From the NCBI GenBank assembly GCA_036172245.1, contig JAYWIR010000042.1:1736001-1800000 (forward strand): DNA of 64,000 nucleotides, read 5' to 3'. Shown one piece after another: positions 12,820 through 24,899 of this stretch. Within the stretch, counting starts at the first letter, position 1. Each line of letters begins with the position of its first letter. The translations under genes were made by a program, and so were the position numbers. Under the pieces are notes generated by a model. The model saw nothing but the letters and a program-made list of their open reading frames with translations. It made no database searches and was not told the origin of the DNA. This DNA is from Raillietiella orientalis. Its lineage: Eukaryota.

Positions 12820-15800
12820 ATGTCTTTAAGTGACGAGTTAGTGCAAAAGCAGGTAATTCATTTTAAAGTAAAATAAAACTGTTCAAATTGAACTTTCAAA
12901 CTGAATATTGTAGGCATGTGTGTACTGTAGCCAGATTTACATCGTGGTTTAAATTTTTGTTTTCTTTAATACCTAAGCATAGCCTGCTGGAGAACATAGT
13001 GACAAAATGTCATCCATAGATTTACACCACGAAAAATGAAAAAATAAATTAACTAGTAATTTAATAAGTAGAACAGTTTCTCATGACTGCAGTAGGTTGC
13101 CGGATAAACCGATTCCATTAAGTAATTTCACCCATTTACTGTTCCTACCTTAGCAAGAGTCTTGTGTCTTGTTTATTTGATGAAGCCAGTTACTATAAAC
13201 GACCATAGCAAAAGGACTGAATTAACTGATCTCTAAATGGTCGATTGATTTTGTTTTTTAACAGCAAAAGTTGGCAGAAAAAGTTCCTCATTCTCAAATT
13301 CAGAGATGGGAAAAGCAAATGTTTCCTTATGACCAGAGTATAGAGTTGATTTCTGTATGTTGTGATTTGCATCATGATTGCATTTGCATCATTCTTTTAG
13401 TATTATTGATTTTATTTTTGGTTTCAAGTGTCAAACTTCAAGCAAGTCAGTACTGTTTGTACCATTTCTTGAGTTATCTTAATTTCCAATCAAGTGTTCA
13501 CTTAAGTGCGACTATTACCCAAAAACATTGAAATATTAAGGATTCTGTGTGTATATACATATAAGTCAGATACACTTCTATCAGGCATGATAAGGATTTT
13601 TGCTTCATAAAATTCCAAATCAATTATTCTGTTTTTGGAACATTAGGGATTAGCTATTTGAGTGAATTTGCATGCAGTTATAGTAAAGTAATTCTTTTGT
13701 GATTGAGTGCCCTTGATTATGTTTTCGTTTTCTTTGGCATGTTTTGTTTCAGATCAAACAGATGATGGCTTTCATTGAGCAGGAAGCCAGTGAGAAAGCA
13801 GAGGAGATAGATGCAAAAGCTGAAGAAGAGTTCAATATAGAAAAAGGAAGACTTGTTCAACAACAAAGGTTGAAGATAATGGAATATTATGAAAGAAAAG
13901 AAAAACAAGTGGAGATGCAAAAGAAAATGTAATCAGTTCCAGTGTATTACAAAACATCATTATTATGTTCCAGTTTTCATGTTTTAATCACCAGATATAT
14001 ACATGTATCTGTTTTGTATTTTGTCCCTTTGATGTTCACTTGGTCTGCATATTTTCTAGTTTGTTGTGTGTTGGTAAATCCGTTACTGCAAAATATCAAT
14101 TTCGAGAAACTCGTGCTTTAGTCAATAGTAGATTTCCATGTTTATTTTTAGCTGGGATGTTTTTATTGTATTTATGTGATTTGAAAATTTGCGAAAATTT
14201 CTTGCAAATTGTTCCATGTAAGATCTTCTTTCATATTCTGTTGAGAAGAAGCAGTTGATTTGTATCACATATGTATTTTAGAAGATGTGCATATCATTTC
14301 TTAAGTGGCATTCTGTACAGAAGCATTGCAATCATTTTTCAAGCTTTTGCCTTGATTATGGCCCAGTCCATTTATTTCTGTTTTGTGTCGATGTTGACAA
14401 GTGCTCAGTCTTTCATATCGGCAATATGCCATTTATTCGAGAATTCGTTTTTAAAAACCATATCGAATTTATTTCCTTTGCTTAAAAGAATCTTGGTGTA
14501 ATGACAAGAAGAAGTCTCCTTCATTTGCCCTTTTGATTTATGAAAGATTGGTATACATCCAAAATTGAGACAACACCACTTTGAAATTTTCCATATATTG
14601 ATGAATTTTGATTAGTAAACTCTGCTGAGCTAGCAATATTTCCTATTAACATCCAGATGGCAGTAAGCAGCTTGATTATGAAAATGTCCCCATGCATAAC
14701 TTTGCTTATAGATGTTTGGGTGACGGTATGTTAAATGTACATTTTTGCCACTTTAAGTGAAAATTCGGAAATTCTTACTGCTGTGCTGTTATGTTTTTTT
14801 TTTTTTTTTTCCTTTATTTTGAAATAGTACTCTTCTATTCATGCATTAAACCAGCAGCAGTTTGTCGAATACAAAAGTAGATGTGAAAACAGCACCAAAG
14901 TGATATTGTCCAATTTCAGGAAACTGTCCAATAAACAAGTATTGGGACAGTTCAGAATGGTAAGCTACGGCTCATGCTCGGATAGTTAAAGAATGGATAG
15001 TTCGTAGAATCATTAAAGTATTGCATATATTAACAAACATGAGAATAAAAATAAATGACAGTCTGCCATATAGCATGAAACCAAATTCTGAGAATGGCCA
15101 CAAAACTGCCAGTTAGAATTTTTCTGAAGAGGTTTTTGCAAGATGTGCAGCTGCTGAAGCATAGAGAAATTTGTTGATAGGCAACTCTTTTGTTTCCTTT
15201 GAATCCCATATTCAAGGGGAAGTTGCAATTCATGTTTTCGTCCAGCTAACAAATGACTAGTTTCCATTTTTTCTCATTTTAGCTTGCGAAGAAAATATAT
15301 TGCATCTATTCTCATTTTCTGATTGCATTGTTTTTTTTTTTTTTTTTTTTTTTTTTCCATGGGGGGGGACGTGAAAATCGAGGAAAAAAAAATTCGAATA
15401 CAAGACGCAGATGACAAGAGTGGGCAATTTTCCTAGGAAAGTATGATAGACAGGCCAAAGTGGAGTGTAATCGAAATGCTTGCGGTCTTTATTGCATTGT
15501 AATTCACAATATCTGCAGAGTGAGAGTTCGTATTCCCTGCAACTGTGCCATTTACTTTCGTGCCTCTCGTGTCTGCTGCCGACCGAAATAGAGATGGTGA
15601 GCTCTTGGAACCACTTTCCCAAGCTGCTCTCCATGATAGACCCCATTTTCGTTTCAGTCCCTAACCCTCCAAACTTCATGCTTGGCTTTCCCCTGCTGCG
15701 GTTGCAGTCTTTTCCGACTTTTGCTCAACTTCTTGTGCCTCCAGCCCTGCGCGTCTTCGCCTGGGTCGCTGCTACAGCTGACCTCGGCTAGCCTTTTCCC

Positions 15801-16644
15801 CAGTGAGGAGTAAACCGCCTTCACCTCCATGACGCTCACCGCAGACGCTTTAAGCAGAACGCGGGTGCTGCTCACGGTTTGCCGAATAGCAAAAACCTCT
15901 GTGTGTTCTCCACGAACGTTTCAGGTCATTTGGGTTGTGCGAATGTCGGAATGCATGCACACGAGAAAAAGCTGTTGTTAGTGGAAGCACGCGAAAAGCA
16001 AGCTTTTGGGTGCGTGTGGCGTTCGAGCCGATGCTTTGCGCGTTTCCAGAGTATTCTCACTGATTTTCTATCCTGTTTAGTCAGTCGTCCAACTTCTTGA
16101 ATCAGTCGAGGCTGAAAGTCCTTAAAGCTCAAGAGGAACACATCAAACAGATCTTGCAAGAAGCTAGGGTAAAACTGTCGCAGACCGTACAGAACAGCGA
16201 AAAATACAAACAGATTCTCACAAGCTTAATAATTCAGACTTTATTGCAGGTAACGGAAAGTTAGTGGTACTTGCATTGACGCACTTTCAGCTGCTGGAAA
16301 CGAACGTGACCATAAAGTGTCGGAAGCAAGACCTGGATCTCGTGAAAGCGTGCATCCCGAGTGCGGTGGAGGAGTACAAAAGAATTTCCGGGAAGGAGTG
16401 CACCTGCAGGATTGATTACGACAACTTCCTGCCCAGGGACTCGTAAGTGCACACCTACTCCACCAGCATCCTCACCGAGACTTCCTCTTGCAGATGTGGT
16501 GGAGTGGAACTGAACTCTCAAGACGGTCGTATTAAGTGTGTGAATACCCTGGATGCCCGCCTGGACAGAATAAGTCAGCAGAGCGTTCCAAAGATCAGAA
16601 ATCATTTGTTTGGCCGCAACGTCAACCGCAAATTTACCGATTAG
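12820..16644 (+). CDS. ATP6V1E: V-type proton ATPase V1 subunit E; exons 12820-12852, 13753-13928, 16081-16249, 16291-16442, 16494-16644
   Basis: [63 protein letters not shown]...[14 protein letters not shown]...CGGVEL...NTLDARL...[12 protein letters not shown]. All introns are GT-AG and in phase. Confidence 0.97.
13200..13375 (-). mobile_element. EVE: PB1 fragment in V-ATPase E intron 1
   Basis: ITTYRNQ...[26 protein letters not shown] ~ ITYITRNQ...[27 protein letters not shown]. Confidence 0.5.
14350..15230 (+). mobile_element. EVE: AT-decayed PB1 N-terminal half in V-ATPase E intron 2
   Basis: [11 protein letters not shown] ~ [11 protein letters not shown]; downstream [12 protein letters not shown]...REIC...KGKL ~ RAIATPGMQIRGF...RSIC...KAKL. 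Confidence 0.55.
15410..15875 (-). mobile_element. EVE: NP fragment in V-ATPase E intron 2
   Basis: One frame with internal stops: [33 protein letters not shown] aligns gap-free to NP [34 protein letters not shown]. It is followed by a long A-run in NP sense (T-run 15331-15356). Confidence 0.7.
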
Positions 16645-16994
16645 CGGCCAACGTGCTTTTTTTTTTTTTTTTAGTCGTTGTGTAGATCAATAGAGTCAGA
16701 TATTCGAATTGTTAAGTTCATTGCATTTGTGTTTTAAGTGTTTGTGACATATGTGATAGACTATTGGAATTTATTTACAAATTTATTTACAATATTATTC
16801 AAACGGAATGGCAAGCATTTATTTATTTCTCCTGTAGACTTTACCTTACATGGCAGACCACGTTAAGAGATTCCTCCGTTTCTTTTCTCGGTGAACAGTC
16901 TTGGGTTTCAGAAGTGGTGGTCTGTAACCTTCTCACGAGGTCACATCATGTAATCTTGTAGCACCCGTTAGGTTTTGCCAGTGCGGTTCCCGCT

Positions 16995-17510
16995 GGAAGC
17001 GCGCCTGTCTGCTGGAAAGTTTATGGGCACACTTGACATTCCGTACACTGCTTCCTCATCGGACACAGAAAGTGTTTCGCGTGTGTCCTTTCGAACATGA
17101 AGATCGTCAGAATCCTCGACTGCAGTCCGTTGTACGGAGCGGTGACCCGTGGGATGCTTGCGGCGTGGCAGACGATTTGTGCTGCTGCTGAAGTCCGGCG
17201 AAACGAAGGCCCTCGCTTCTTGCTGGTCTTTCGGATTCTTCGCTGCGTTCCGGTCAGCGAAGCCAGGAGCCACCTTAGCCGACCAAGGAGAACGTATAAA
17301 CACTCCTGTGGGTTTCGAAAGATGGAAACCACGTGATCGAATAAATTCATTGATGTGTCACACTGCCGCCTATTTATTTATTTATTTTTGATAGCGATTA
17401 AGTGGCGGATCTTCGAGCGCGTTGAATTAGTCGCTGATTCGCAAGCTGCACGCTTAGGTTTTTGCAGCGTGTACATCGGAGAAGATCCGTCACTCTTGGT
17501 GAATGCCAAT
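16995..17510 (+). mobile_element. EVE: PA endonuclease-domain fragment
   Basis: AGKFMG...SSD ~ TNKFAA...YSD; TRGMLAAWQTICAAAEVRRNEGPRFL ~ [32 protein letters not shown] ~ LDEESRAR. Confidence 0.65.
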
Positions 17511-17899
17511 AAAGTTCCCCAAAAGCTAGTTCTGCAAAAAGGCATTGAGTGAGAACGTGGGTTTTTCTGGTCGGGCAGAAGGGTGCCCGTTTCACAAAGC
17601 TCTGATCACAGTTTCAAGGCAGCATGACCTCTTGAGGAGTATCCCTTAAGATCCGAAAAGAGCGAGAGTCAAAACTTGGACCGTTGATTAAGGAGTACAG
17701 CGGATGCGTCTTGGTACCAACGTGTGCATCCGCTGCACTTTCAAACTGGGAACTTTTTTTTTTTTTTTTTTTCAGGTGGATATTCTTTCAAGCCATGTAG
17801 GAGGTGCACATTAGTCATCAGCGATTCATTATGGACGTGATGATCTACTTATTTGACATTGGTGTACATAAGTGCCTTGCCAGCCATTTTAGCGCGCAA

Positions 17900-19000
17900 G
17901 TATATAGTCTAATTATTTGCTCAGAAAAAACTGCAAGACTTTGAGTGAGCTGTATTCTTCCAGGATTAATGACCTGCCTCTCAATGACATTTTTCAGGGT
18001 GACCCATGAGATCAAAGTTACTCCATCCAGATCATCCGGTAATGTCAAAGTTCTTGTTTCAGAAGTAACGGTGGGGGAGTGGTATTGGAGAACCTGGAAG
18101 ACCATCGAAAGGACCTGCAGCTTCGCATCTTTTTATCCAACAATCATCTCTCCAATCCCAGCCAGTGAGTGGTGGCACAGCATTGTACTTCTCCAGCAGG
18201 GTGCGGCAAGTTGTTTTGCATGCAAAAGGTGAAAATGCGATGTATTTCGATGTCCCCACTTGGATGGTTCACCAAGACCGTGCGATATATAAAGTCGCTA
18301 AAGTCTCTTAAGGTTACTGGGAAAACTACTATGATCCCTTCGATGAGTTCTCTGGAAGCTCGAGACCACATGCTCTTGTCGTACTCGGTGAAGGGACATC
18401 TCTGGTCGTTGAGCTTACCCCCTGCACGCCTTGCATTTGGTTACGGGCTTCTGCTTCACCCTCGTCGCCTTGGTGTTGTCAGAAATCCTAGACCTTGATC
18501 AGGTGATTTTGTGTCCTGTGACGTTTGTAAATAAAGTTGAATTGCATCTCAGGAAGAGGATGACTCTGACGACACCAAGGCGACGAGAAGGACTGAATGT
18601 GTAGCCGTTCATCTCAACATCAACATTATTCAGTGACTTGCGAATTACTTTCAGGTGGTTTCATTCGGGGTCACGAACAGATCAAATTATAGTTTCTTTT
18701 TTCAAAAAAAGAAGAAAAAAAAACTGCATGACCATCGCCAGTAGTTAGCGATCCAGTGGTTTGAGAGTTGCCTTCGGCAGATGCAGAAACATGAAATGGC
18801 GGGTTTGATGATCGACGGTGAGAGGGCGGAGGAAGGGCTAGTGTTCAGCCGGAGCCGAGTGTGTCGTCTCAAGCATTCTCTTGCCCTCTGCATCACATCC
18901 AGTCCAGGTTTTGGGAAAGAGACCCTCTAATGGGATCGTCAGAGAGACGAGAGAGTGTCGTTTCTGGAATCGTCTCCGGTCCCATCTGCCCACCCTTTCA
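17900..19000 (+). mobile_element. EVE: PB2 central region
   Basis: EKTARL*VSCILPG ~ [24 protein letters not shown] ~ [18 protein letters not shown] ~ RAAVSADPLA; SRTDQIIVS ~ RRLIQLIVS; CLRQMQKH ~ LLRHFQKD; all in the correct order. Confidence 0.75.
18461..18587. repeat. Inverted repeat (~30-bp arms, ~67-nt spacer)
   Basis: CTCGTCGCCTTGGTGTTGTCAGAAATCCT (18461-18489) is near-complementary to AGGATGACTCTGACGACACCAAGGCGACGAG (18557-18587). Confidence 0.9.
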
Positions 19001-19095
19001 GCCAATGAAAAAGCTGATGAGGACCACTGTGTCTCAGCGGGCAGTTTATTTGGAAGGACGCACTAGGTTTGCCCTCTTTCCCTGAAAGGGTGTTA

Positions 19096-21835
19096 TTAGG
19101 CGCTCCTGGAGATCGCAGGGTCTTCTCCTAGAGACGCTATTTTCTCCTGGAGATTGCGATAAGCAGCAGCCCTGAAAGAGCGTTGTGCGTCATCCTTCCC
19201 GCGGGCAACATCCCTCAGGAAGAAGCTCTCCAGCCTCTGTAAGTAATTTCTTATCTGCTGGGAGCGATCGAGGTTGTCGCCACTGCACGTCGGGGAGGCT
19301 CGGGGGAGGGGATCCGGTCTGGCATTCTTCCATGCGTGCTCCAGCACGTAAAGCACTCCAAGGACCTTCGCACGACCCCTGGCCAGCAGCTCCTCTCGTA
19401 AGAGACCTTTCAGCTCGGCCAGCCTCTTCCGCCGGAAAGGGATGCGCGCCTCGTCCTCAAACGCAGTCCTATCTTCAAGAAGGCGCTCGATCCGGTCACC
19501 CTCCTCCTTGGTGTCCTGAGGGAAAACGCAAGAAAGGGAAGGACCTGTGCGTGCCCTCGCCCACCGCAATGCCCGGTAATCAAGGGACGCTGGCTCGCCA
19601 AGATCGTCTTCCGCCCGCCCGTCTCCAAACCGGTGGACGGAAGGAAAGGAAGAGAAAAGCACCTTTTTGTCGTGCATGCCCTCCGGTTCCCGGCTGAGAC
19701 TGCACAAGCGCGCTGCTGCCGCCGCCACCTAGCAGCAGCTAGGAGCACGATGGCAGTGGAGACTCACAAGGAGGATTCTCAGCTGCTTCAGTAACATGGT
19801 TTCCACAGAGGAGCACTGAATCAGAGGATACGTTCTCCTAAGAGAGATGGGGATGCGGAGAAGGGGTCAGAAGGCGATAGGGCATCGGTGGTTCCGGGAT
19901 GGGCTGAGACGGAATCAGACTGCGGGAGGGGAAGCGGATGAGATAATGGAACGTAGCAAGGTATGGAACGCATGCGGGTGGAGGAGCAGTGTGGAATACG
20001 TTGTAAAATGGCTTGGAATGAGAGAAGGACCGGATAAGGTTATGGTCGAAAAAGGGCCAGATCGACGTCAAGGGTAAAGGCAGGAAGGAGGGGTTCATTC
20101 CTTCCCCTTCTCCCTCCTAAGAAGCCCCTGGCTTTCACCCTTTCAGGACGTGCTTACCAGGCAGATCTGCATGAAGGACTGGAGGTTGGCAGAGTAGGGA
20201 GCCGGATAAACTGGCCGGAAGGACGGACGGCGTACAGCGGCTCGCATGCAAGAGGTGATTCGCCCTTGGAGATATCGGAAGAGAGGCTCCCCAGTGCAAA
20301 TGATGCCATGGAAGAGCAGGGGCAACAGGTGCAGGAGAGCCTCATTCGCCCAACCGAGGGCGCGGTTGGCTTCGTGGAGCACCCGGGTCGTGTGGATCAC
20401 CCCCGCGCTGTACGCCCGGGCTGAATCCGGAGCGTGGTATCTGACGAAGACGTCCGGGATGCCCAGGCGCCGCCCGCGAGAGCGTCCGAACCTCTCCACG
20501 AGGCAATCACTCTCCAGAGCGTCCTCCGTCTGACGGCTGGAGCCGTTCCCGACCAGGAATAGCACCACGTCTAGGATGGTGCTCTCGTACTCAGAAAGGT
20601 CCTCATCATCCAGAGCATTCGTTGCAAGCCGGACAGAGTCGCATTCCTCCTCTTTCTCTTCCTTCCTGCAACAGAGGCCTCGCTCATCCTTCTTCCAGCA
20701 GCTGCACACCTCGGACAGCAGCTCCAGCATGCGGACATGGACTTCCCGGATATCGCCAGACGCCCAGTGGGCCGGGTCGTCCTCGCAGGAGTCTAGATGG
20801 TGGAGCCTCTCCAGGACGACCTCGTCCAGCCGGTCATAAACGTCCCTTCCGCCCGACGGAGGAGCCGTGTCCTCCCACAAAGATCGGACGCACCCGAAGT
20901 TCTCTCGCATTTCCCTCTGCGTCTTCTCCAGGCAGGACTCCATTGCCTGCACCAGCGAAGAGGAGGAGACGGGTTTCATCTCTGTCCTCCCCCAGAAGTA
21001 CCGGAACAGCCTCAGGGCGAAGATTGCATTCACCGCGTCCGACAGCCGGTCCATGAAGGAGAAGCAGATCGCGTGTTCGCCTCCGCGTTGCTGGTTGCAG
21101 AGGAACAGCCGCGCCAACCGCACCACGATCCGCGGCTGCTCTGAGATCGGGCGGCGGGGACCTGAGCGGCGTTCAGGTACTCCGTAGACGAACTTCCTGG
21201 TCTCTCGGAGCAGCAGCTCCTGCTTCCGCGTCTCGTGGCGCAGGGCCTCGTCTAGCAGGAGGTCCACCTGCACGCTTGTCAAGTTCTCCCGTTTCGCGTC
21301 CGAGCACCTCCTCAGGAGCGAGTTGAGGGGGCTGCAGGAAAGACGTGATCGGAGGAGGTAAACGTGGTCAGTGCACGGGGAGGAAGAAGAAGGGATAGGA
21401 GAAATGGAGTCAAACCGATGCACAAGTCTCACGGAGGCTGCCAAGGCACACAAGCGACAATAGAAGAGAGGAAGAAGGAAGCTCGCATGGTCACTCTCAC
21501 CAGCAGAGGATCTTGTTGAGGAATGGGACGACTTCGCTTTCATCGTCACTCTCATCCAGTACCGTCCGTTTTTTGGACAGCATTCCCAGAAGCTTGTCCA
21601 TGCGGTTCGCCTCTTGGGGAGGGCAATCGGCATCCTGTATGGGCGTCATCTCCTTCACAAGATCCGTGTAACTGCGAGAAATACTGCATGAGATCTCCAA
21701 AAACTTCCGCACAGGTGTCAGGAAGACTTTACGATACCTTCAGAAATTTCCGTGATTGAGTTCTTCAAAGAGTTTTGCGGAGAGGTTTCCAAGGAAACCC
21801 CCTCTCCCCTCGTCCCCCAGGTCGAGAATTCCTTC
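19096..21835 (-). CDS. Uncharacterised spliced gene (predicted helical protein); exons ~21835-21501, 21331-20158, 19728-19663, 19515-19096; 5' end unresolved
   Basis: Long GC3-rich ORFs are joined by phase-compatible GT-AG introns with pyrimidine tracts (21500-21332, 20157-19729, 19662-19516). There is an in-frame TGA at 21740-21742 in the most upstream exon. No family recognised. Confidence 0.6.
19760..20040 (+). mobile_element. EVE: NP N-terminal fragment in an intron of the orphan gene
   Basis: TRRILSCFSNMVSTEEH* ~ [33 protein letters not shown]...VEYVVKWLG ~ DKEEIRRIWRQAN...LTHMMIWHS. Confidence 0.6.
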
Positions 21836-22099
21836 CTTAGAGAGAGTGAGGAGGTGAGGACGCGTGTCAAACTGCGGTACGTTTGCTGGTCCGATGCTTA
21901 GGTTCTTTCTCGTTGGATGAGTGGGAGAGGTGACTGATGCCCCACAGCGCGATGGAATATCGACTAGGGACGACCCACCTCTGGAACCCGTAGTGTACGA
22001 CACTGCTGGGAAGGAACATCTCAGCACCTTGCTCCGCCCTCCTTCCCTCTCCTGCCCGTGCCCCTCTCCCTACGGCTCCTCATCGCAGCTTTTGCCCAG

Positions 22100-22880
22100 T
22101 AGTAGCATCTCCTTCCAGAAAAAGTTCTATCACCATGTCTGCATTCCCTCCTCCCTGCTCTCTAACTTCCTCCTTTGCATTCGACATCCACTAGTTTACT
22201 CAAGCATCAGAGCGTGCCAGTTGCCTCCACAGCTCCCTCCAGCACTTTCGAGGTTCTCACCCGCGTTCTCAAATTGATCCTAGGGGATGTCTAGGTAGGT
22301 CATTAACGATTTCCCCGACCTCTGTGGTCGTTCCAGGAGAGAGAAGGAGGAATGAAAGGGAAACCCGAGTCCCCAAAATCATCAAAGAGTCCGCGAAATA
22401 CATAGGGTGCTCAGAGTCAGAGTTAGTGCGCAGTTTGCTGTCAGCGTTTTTCTCTTTCTAGCCTTACAAAGTGCAAACGATGACGAGGGGCTCATTGGTC
22501 ACGCCTCCAGGTTTAGAGCCAAGCACTGGTCAGTGGCAATCATATAGCAACGGAGAATGAAGAAAGAGCCCTCCAGGAAGAGGCACTGCTCCACTGTGCC
22601 TTTACCATTCCTGTCTCCAATCCGGAAACGGATCGCAAGCTATGGCCACAGGATAATTTGGGTACGCATTTATTCCTCCGCAGCTGATGGACGCAGGCAG
22701 TCGTCAGGGTTTCGTTCTCGAAACGCGCTGCTCCACATCGATAGGAGGCGAACTTTTCCCTCAGACTCTTGCCTCAGGAGGGCTCGTTCCATTTACAGAA
22801 TTGCCATCACTGTAGAGGGAGCATATCTCTGCATTCCGTTATCTTAAAACATGCTGTGATGTAATTCATCTGTGCTGAAG
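22100..22880 (-). mobile_element. EVE: NP central to C-terminal region
   Basis: HHSMF*DNGMQR ... RIGDRNGKGTVEQCLFLEGSFFILR keeps the spacing of NP [12 protein letters not shown] ... [26 protein letters not shown]. Later, HPLGSI*ERG ~ SPRGKLSTRG and REQGGGNAD ~ RTRSGGNTN. Confidence 0.7.
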
Positions 22881-23089
22881 GCATCTGTGCTGGAGACAAA
22901 CGAGTTTCTGATCTCAGTCAGACACTCACTGCGGCTCCCTGAAAAAGGCCGGGATGTGGAACAACTCATTTGGCCGCCTTACCGTACGTATTTTGCAGTG
23001 GCACCCATTTAAGTCCCTCATAGCGTTCGAGCTCGGAAAGTTCCATTTTGTGCGTTACAGTTTTGCACCTGAAGGACACGGAGAGATGA

Positions 23090-24304
23090 GATGAAGTGCA
23101 GGGTTTGGATAAGGAAAGATTTATTGAAATACCGAACTTCCCTGAATGGGGATCTTAGATTGAGAAAGAAGCCCTGTGAAAACCCTAATGCTCAGGTCTT
23201 CGAAAACATCAAAGTTTGGACTCTTGGATGAGCTGCTTGAAGAAATTCGAGGCAGCGATCCTCATTCATTAAGTTACTCAGAGAAAGCAAATGAATTTTC
23301 AGAAAGCCATAACTGTGAGCAAATGGAGCATCTAAACGTCCATGAAAGTGCCTTTTAATAAGACACATCGCAGGAGGGCAGACGAGTTCTTAAGCCATGC
23401 TCATCACTTCATGATTCTGTGAAACCATGCAATGCACGTATCCAAATACGCTTAGGTTCAAACTGTCCCCTAGCTGGTCGTCCATCAGGGGATGATCCCG
23501 CGAGAAGCGCGACCTCACTATGTGAAGACTGGTTCAACTGGGAGACAGGGGACAGCTTTAACAAGACATATGCAAAGGGAGAAATACGGATATCGCATTA
23601 CATCTTGCCTTGGTAGTTTGTCTTGATCACTTGAATCAACGTAACCTAGTAGTTCCTTTCTCTTGTTCGTCTCCGGATTTGCTTTATGAGAAATGCGCGC
23701 GCTCATCAAGTACCTCGGGTGAAATCTGCCACCCCTCATACAGTTACAATAATCACAAGATCCCCGAAGATAAAGAAAGAAGATAAACAGAAATGCCGTA
23801 AAAGTAGCGTGCATACATGCGCATACCAAAGGAAGACAAGGTCGAGCTATGGAGGCAGGCAGATTTTAGTTTGATAATACTTTGTCTTCATCCCCGAAAA
23901 GGATACTTTAGTGTGATCATTTCCTATGGGGCTACTCCTGTCGCTAGAAATCTCCACGTAAACTGCCACGCGTATCCCCAGCTGCGGAATGGCCGCGGCA
24001 GTTCAGTGCGCCAAAAAGCGGCGTTGTGATCACAACACTCGAGTATTTTTTGCTTCCTCCAAATCTCTTCCTCTGGTCTTTGTCTCATTATGCTCATCTT
24101 CGTCTTTGATGCAGTTTCCCGGAATGCGGGAAGCACATTTCGAGGAAAGATGAGTAATGCTTGCAGTTTTTGATGAAGTCGGACGAGACGATGGCCGTTT
24201 TCGAAAAGCATCCGAAGGAAGCTATCCATGACCCCTGTTGCGGAGAGAACATCTTGTGCTTATCACGGCCTTCGATATTCCTAGAAACCCGGCATGTCAT
24301 CTGA
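23090..24304 (+). mobile_element. EVE: PA, apparently internally deleted
   Basis: DKERFIEI ~ KENRFIEI; AYMRIPKEDKV ~ LYVRTNGTSKI; SRKDE*CLQFLMKSDETMAVFEKHPKEAI gap-free with [29 protein letters not shown]; stop near the expected PA C-terminus. Confidence 0.8.
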
Positions 24305-24899
24305 CATCCAGGAAAGCAGCGAGCAGCGAGTTACACAGGAAGCTTGATGACTTTGGGCGACATGAGTAGCCTTGGAAGTGCGGGGGACGATTACTACCTG
24401 TTGCAATGAGAACACTATCAAACAGTGGTCGTGGTTTGGAGGTTGATTCAATCAATTTAAGGTCTGCCTCTTATGTGTTATCCTCTGAACTAAAGAGCAG
24501 CCGCTCTCGAATGTGAATTTTAAACACGCGTTTTCCTCTTTGGATCACATTCCTGTTCTCCTCTTTTCGTGCGTTGGCTACACCCCCACTAGTCAGCAGC
24601 TCAGAATGGGCAAGTTAGGATTGGTGATTGCAACAGATAACTAGGTCGCATCTTAATGTGTAGATTCCTCCGCACTCCCCTTACAACCAGTGCATCAAGT
24701 CTTTGGTTGCTGACTTGGGAATCTAATAGAAGGAGAGCTCTAACTTGGAATCGTCGTGTTTGGACGGCATGAGGACGCGGCAAAACCTTCCCCGTGGAAG
24801 AATTTTCCCTTGAAACACATGCCGCCATCACTGTCACCCGGTGACGCCAGGGTAAAAGGAAAGAGGAAAAGAAAGCAAAGCAGATCAATCCCACAAGAC

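Noticed and set aside
21740..21742. Selenocysteine codon in the orphan gene
   Set aside because: No SECIS-like element recognised downstream and no redox-motif context.
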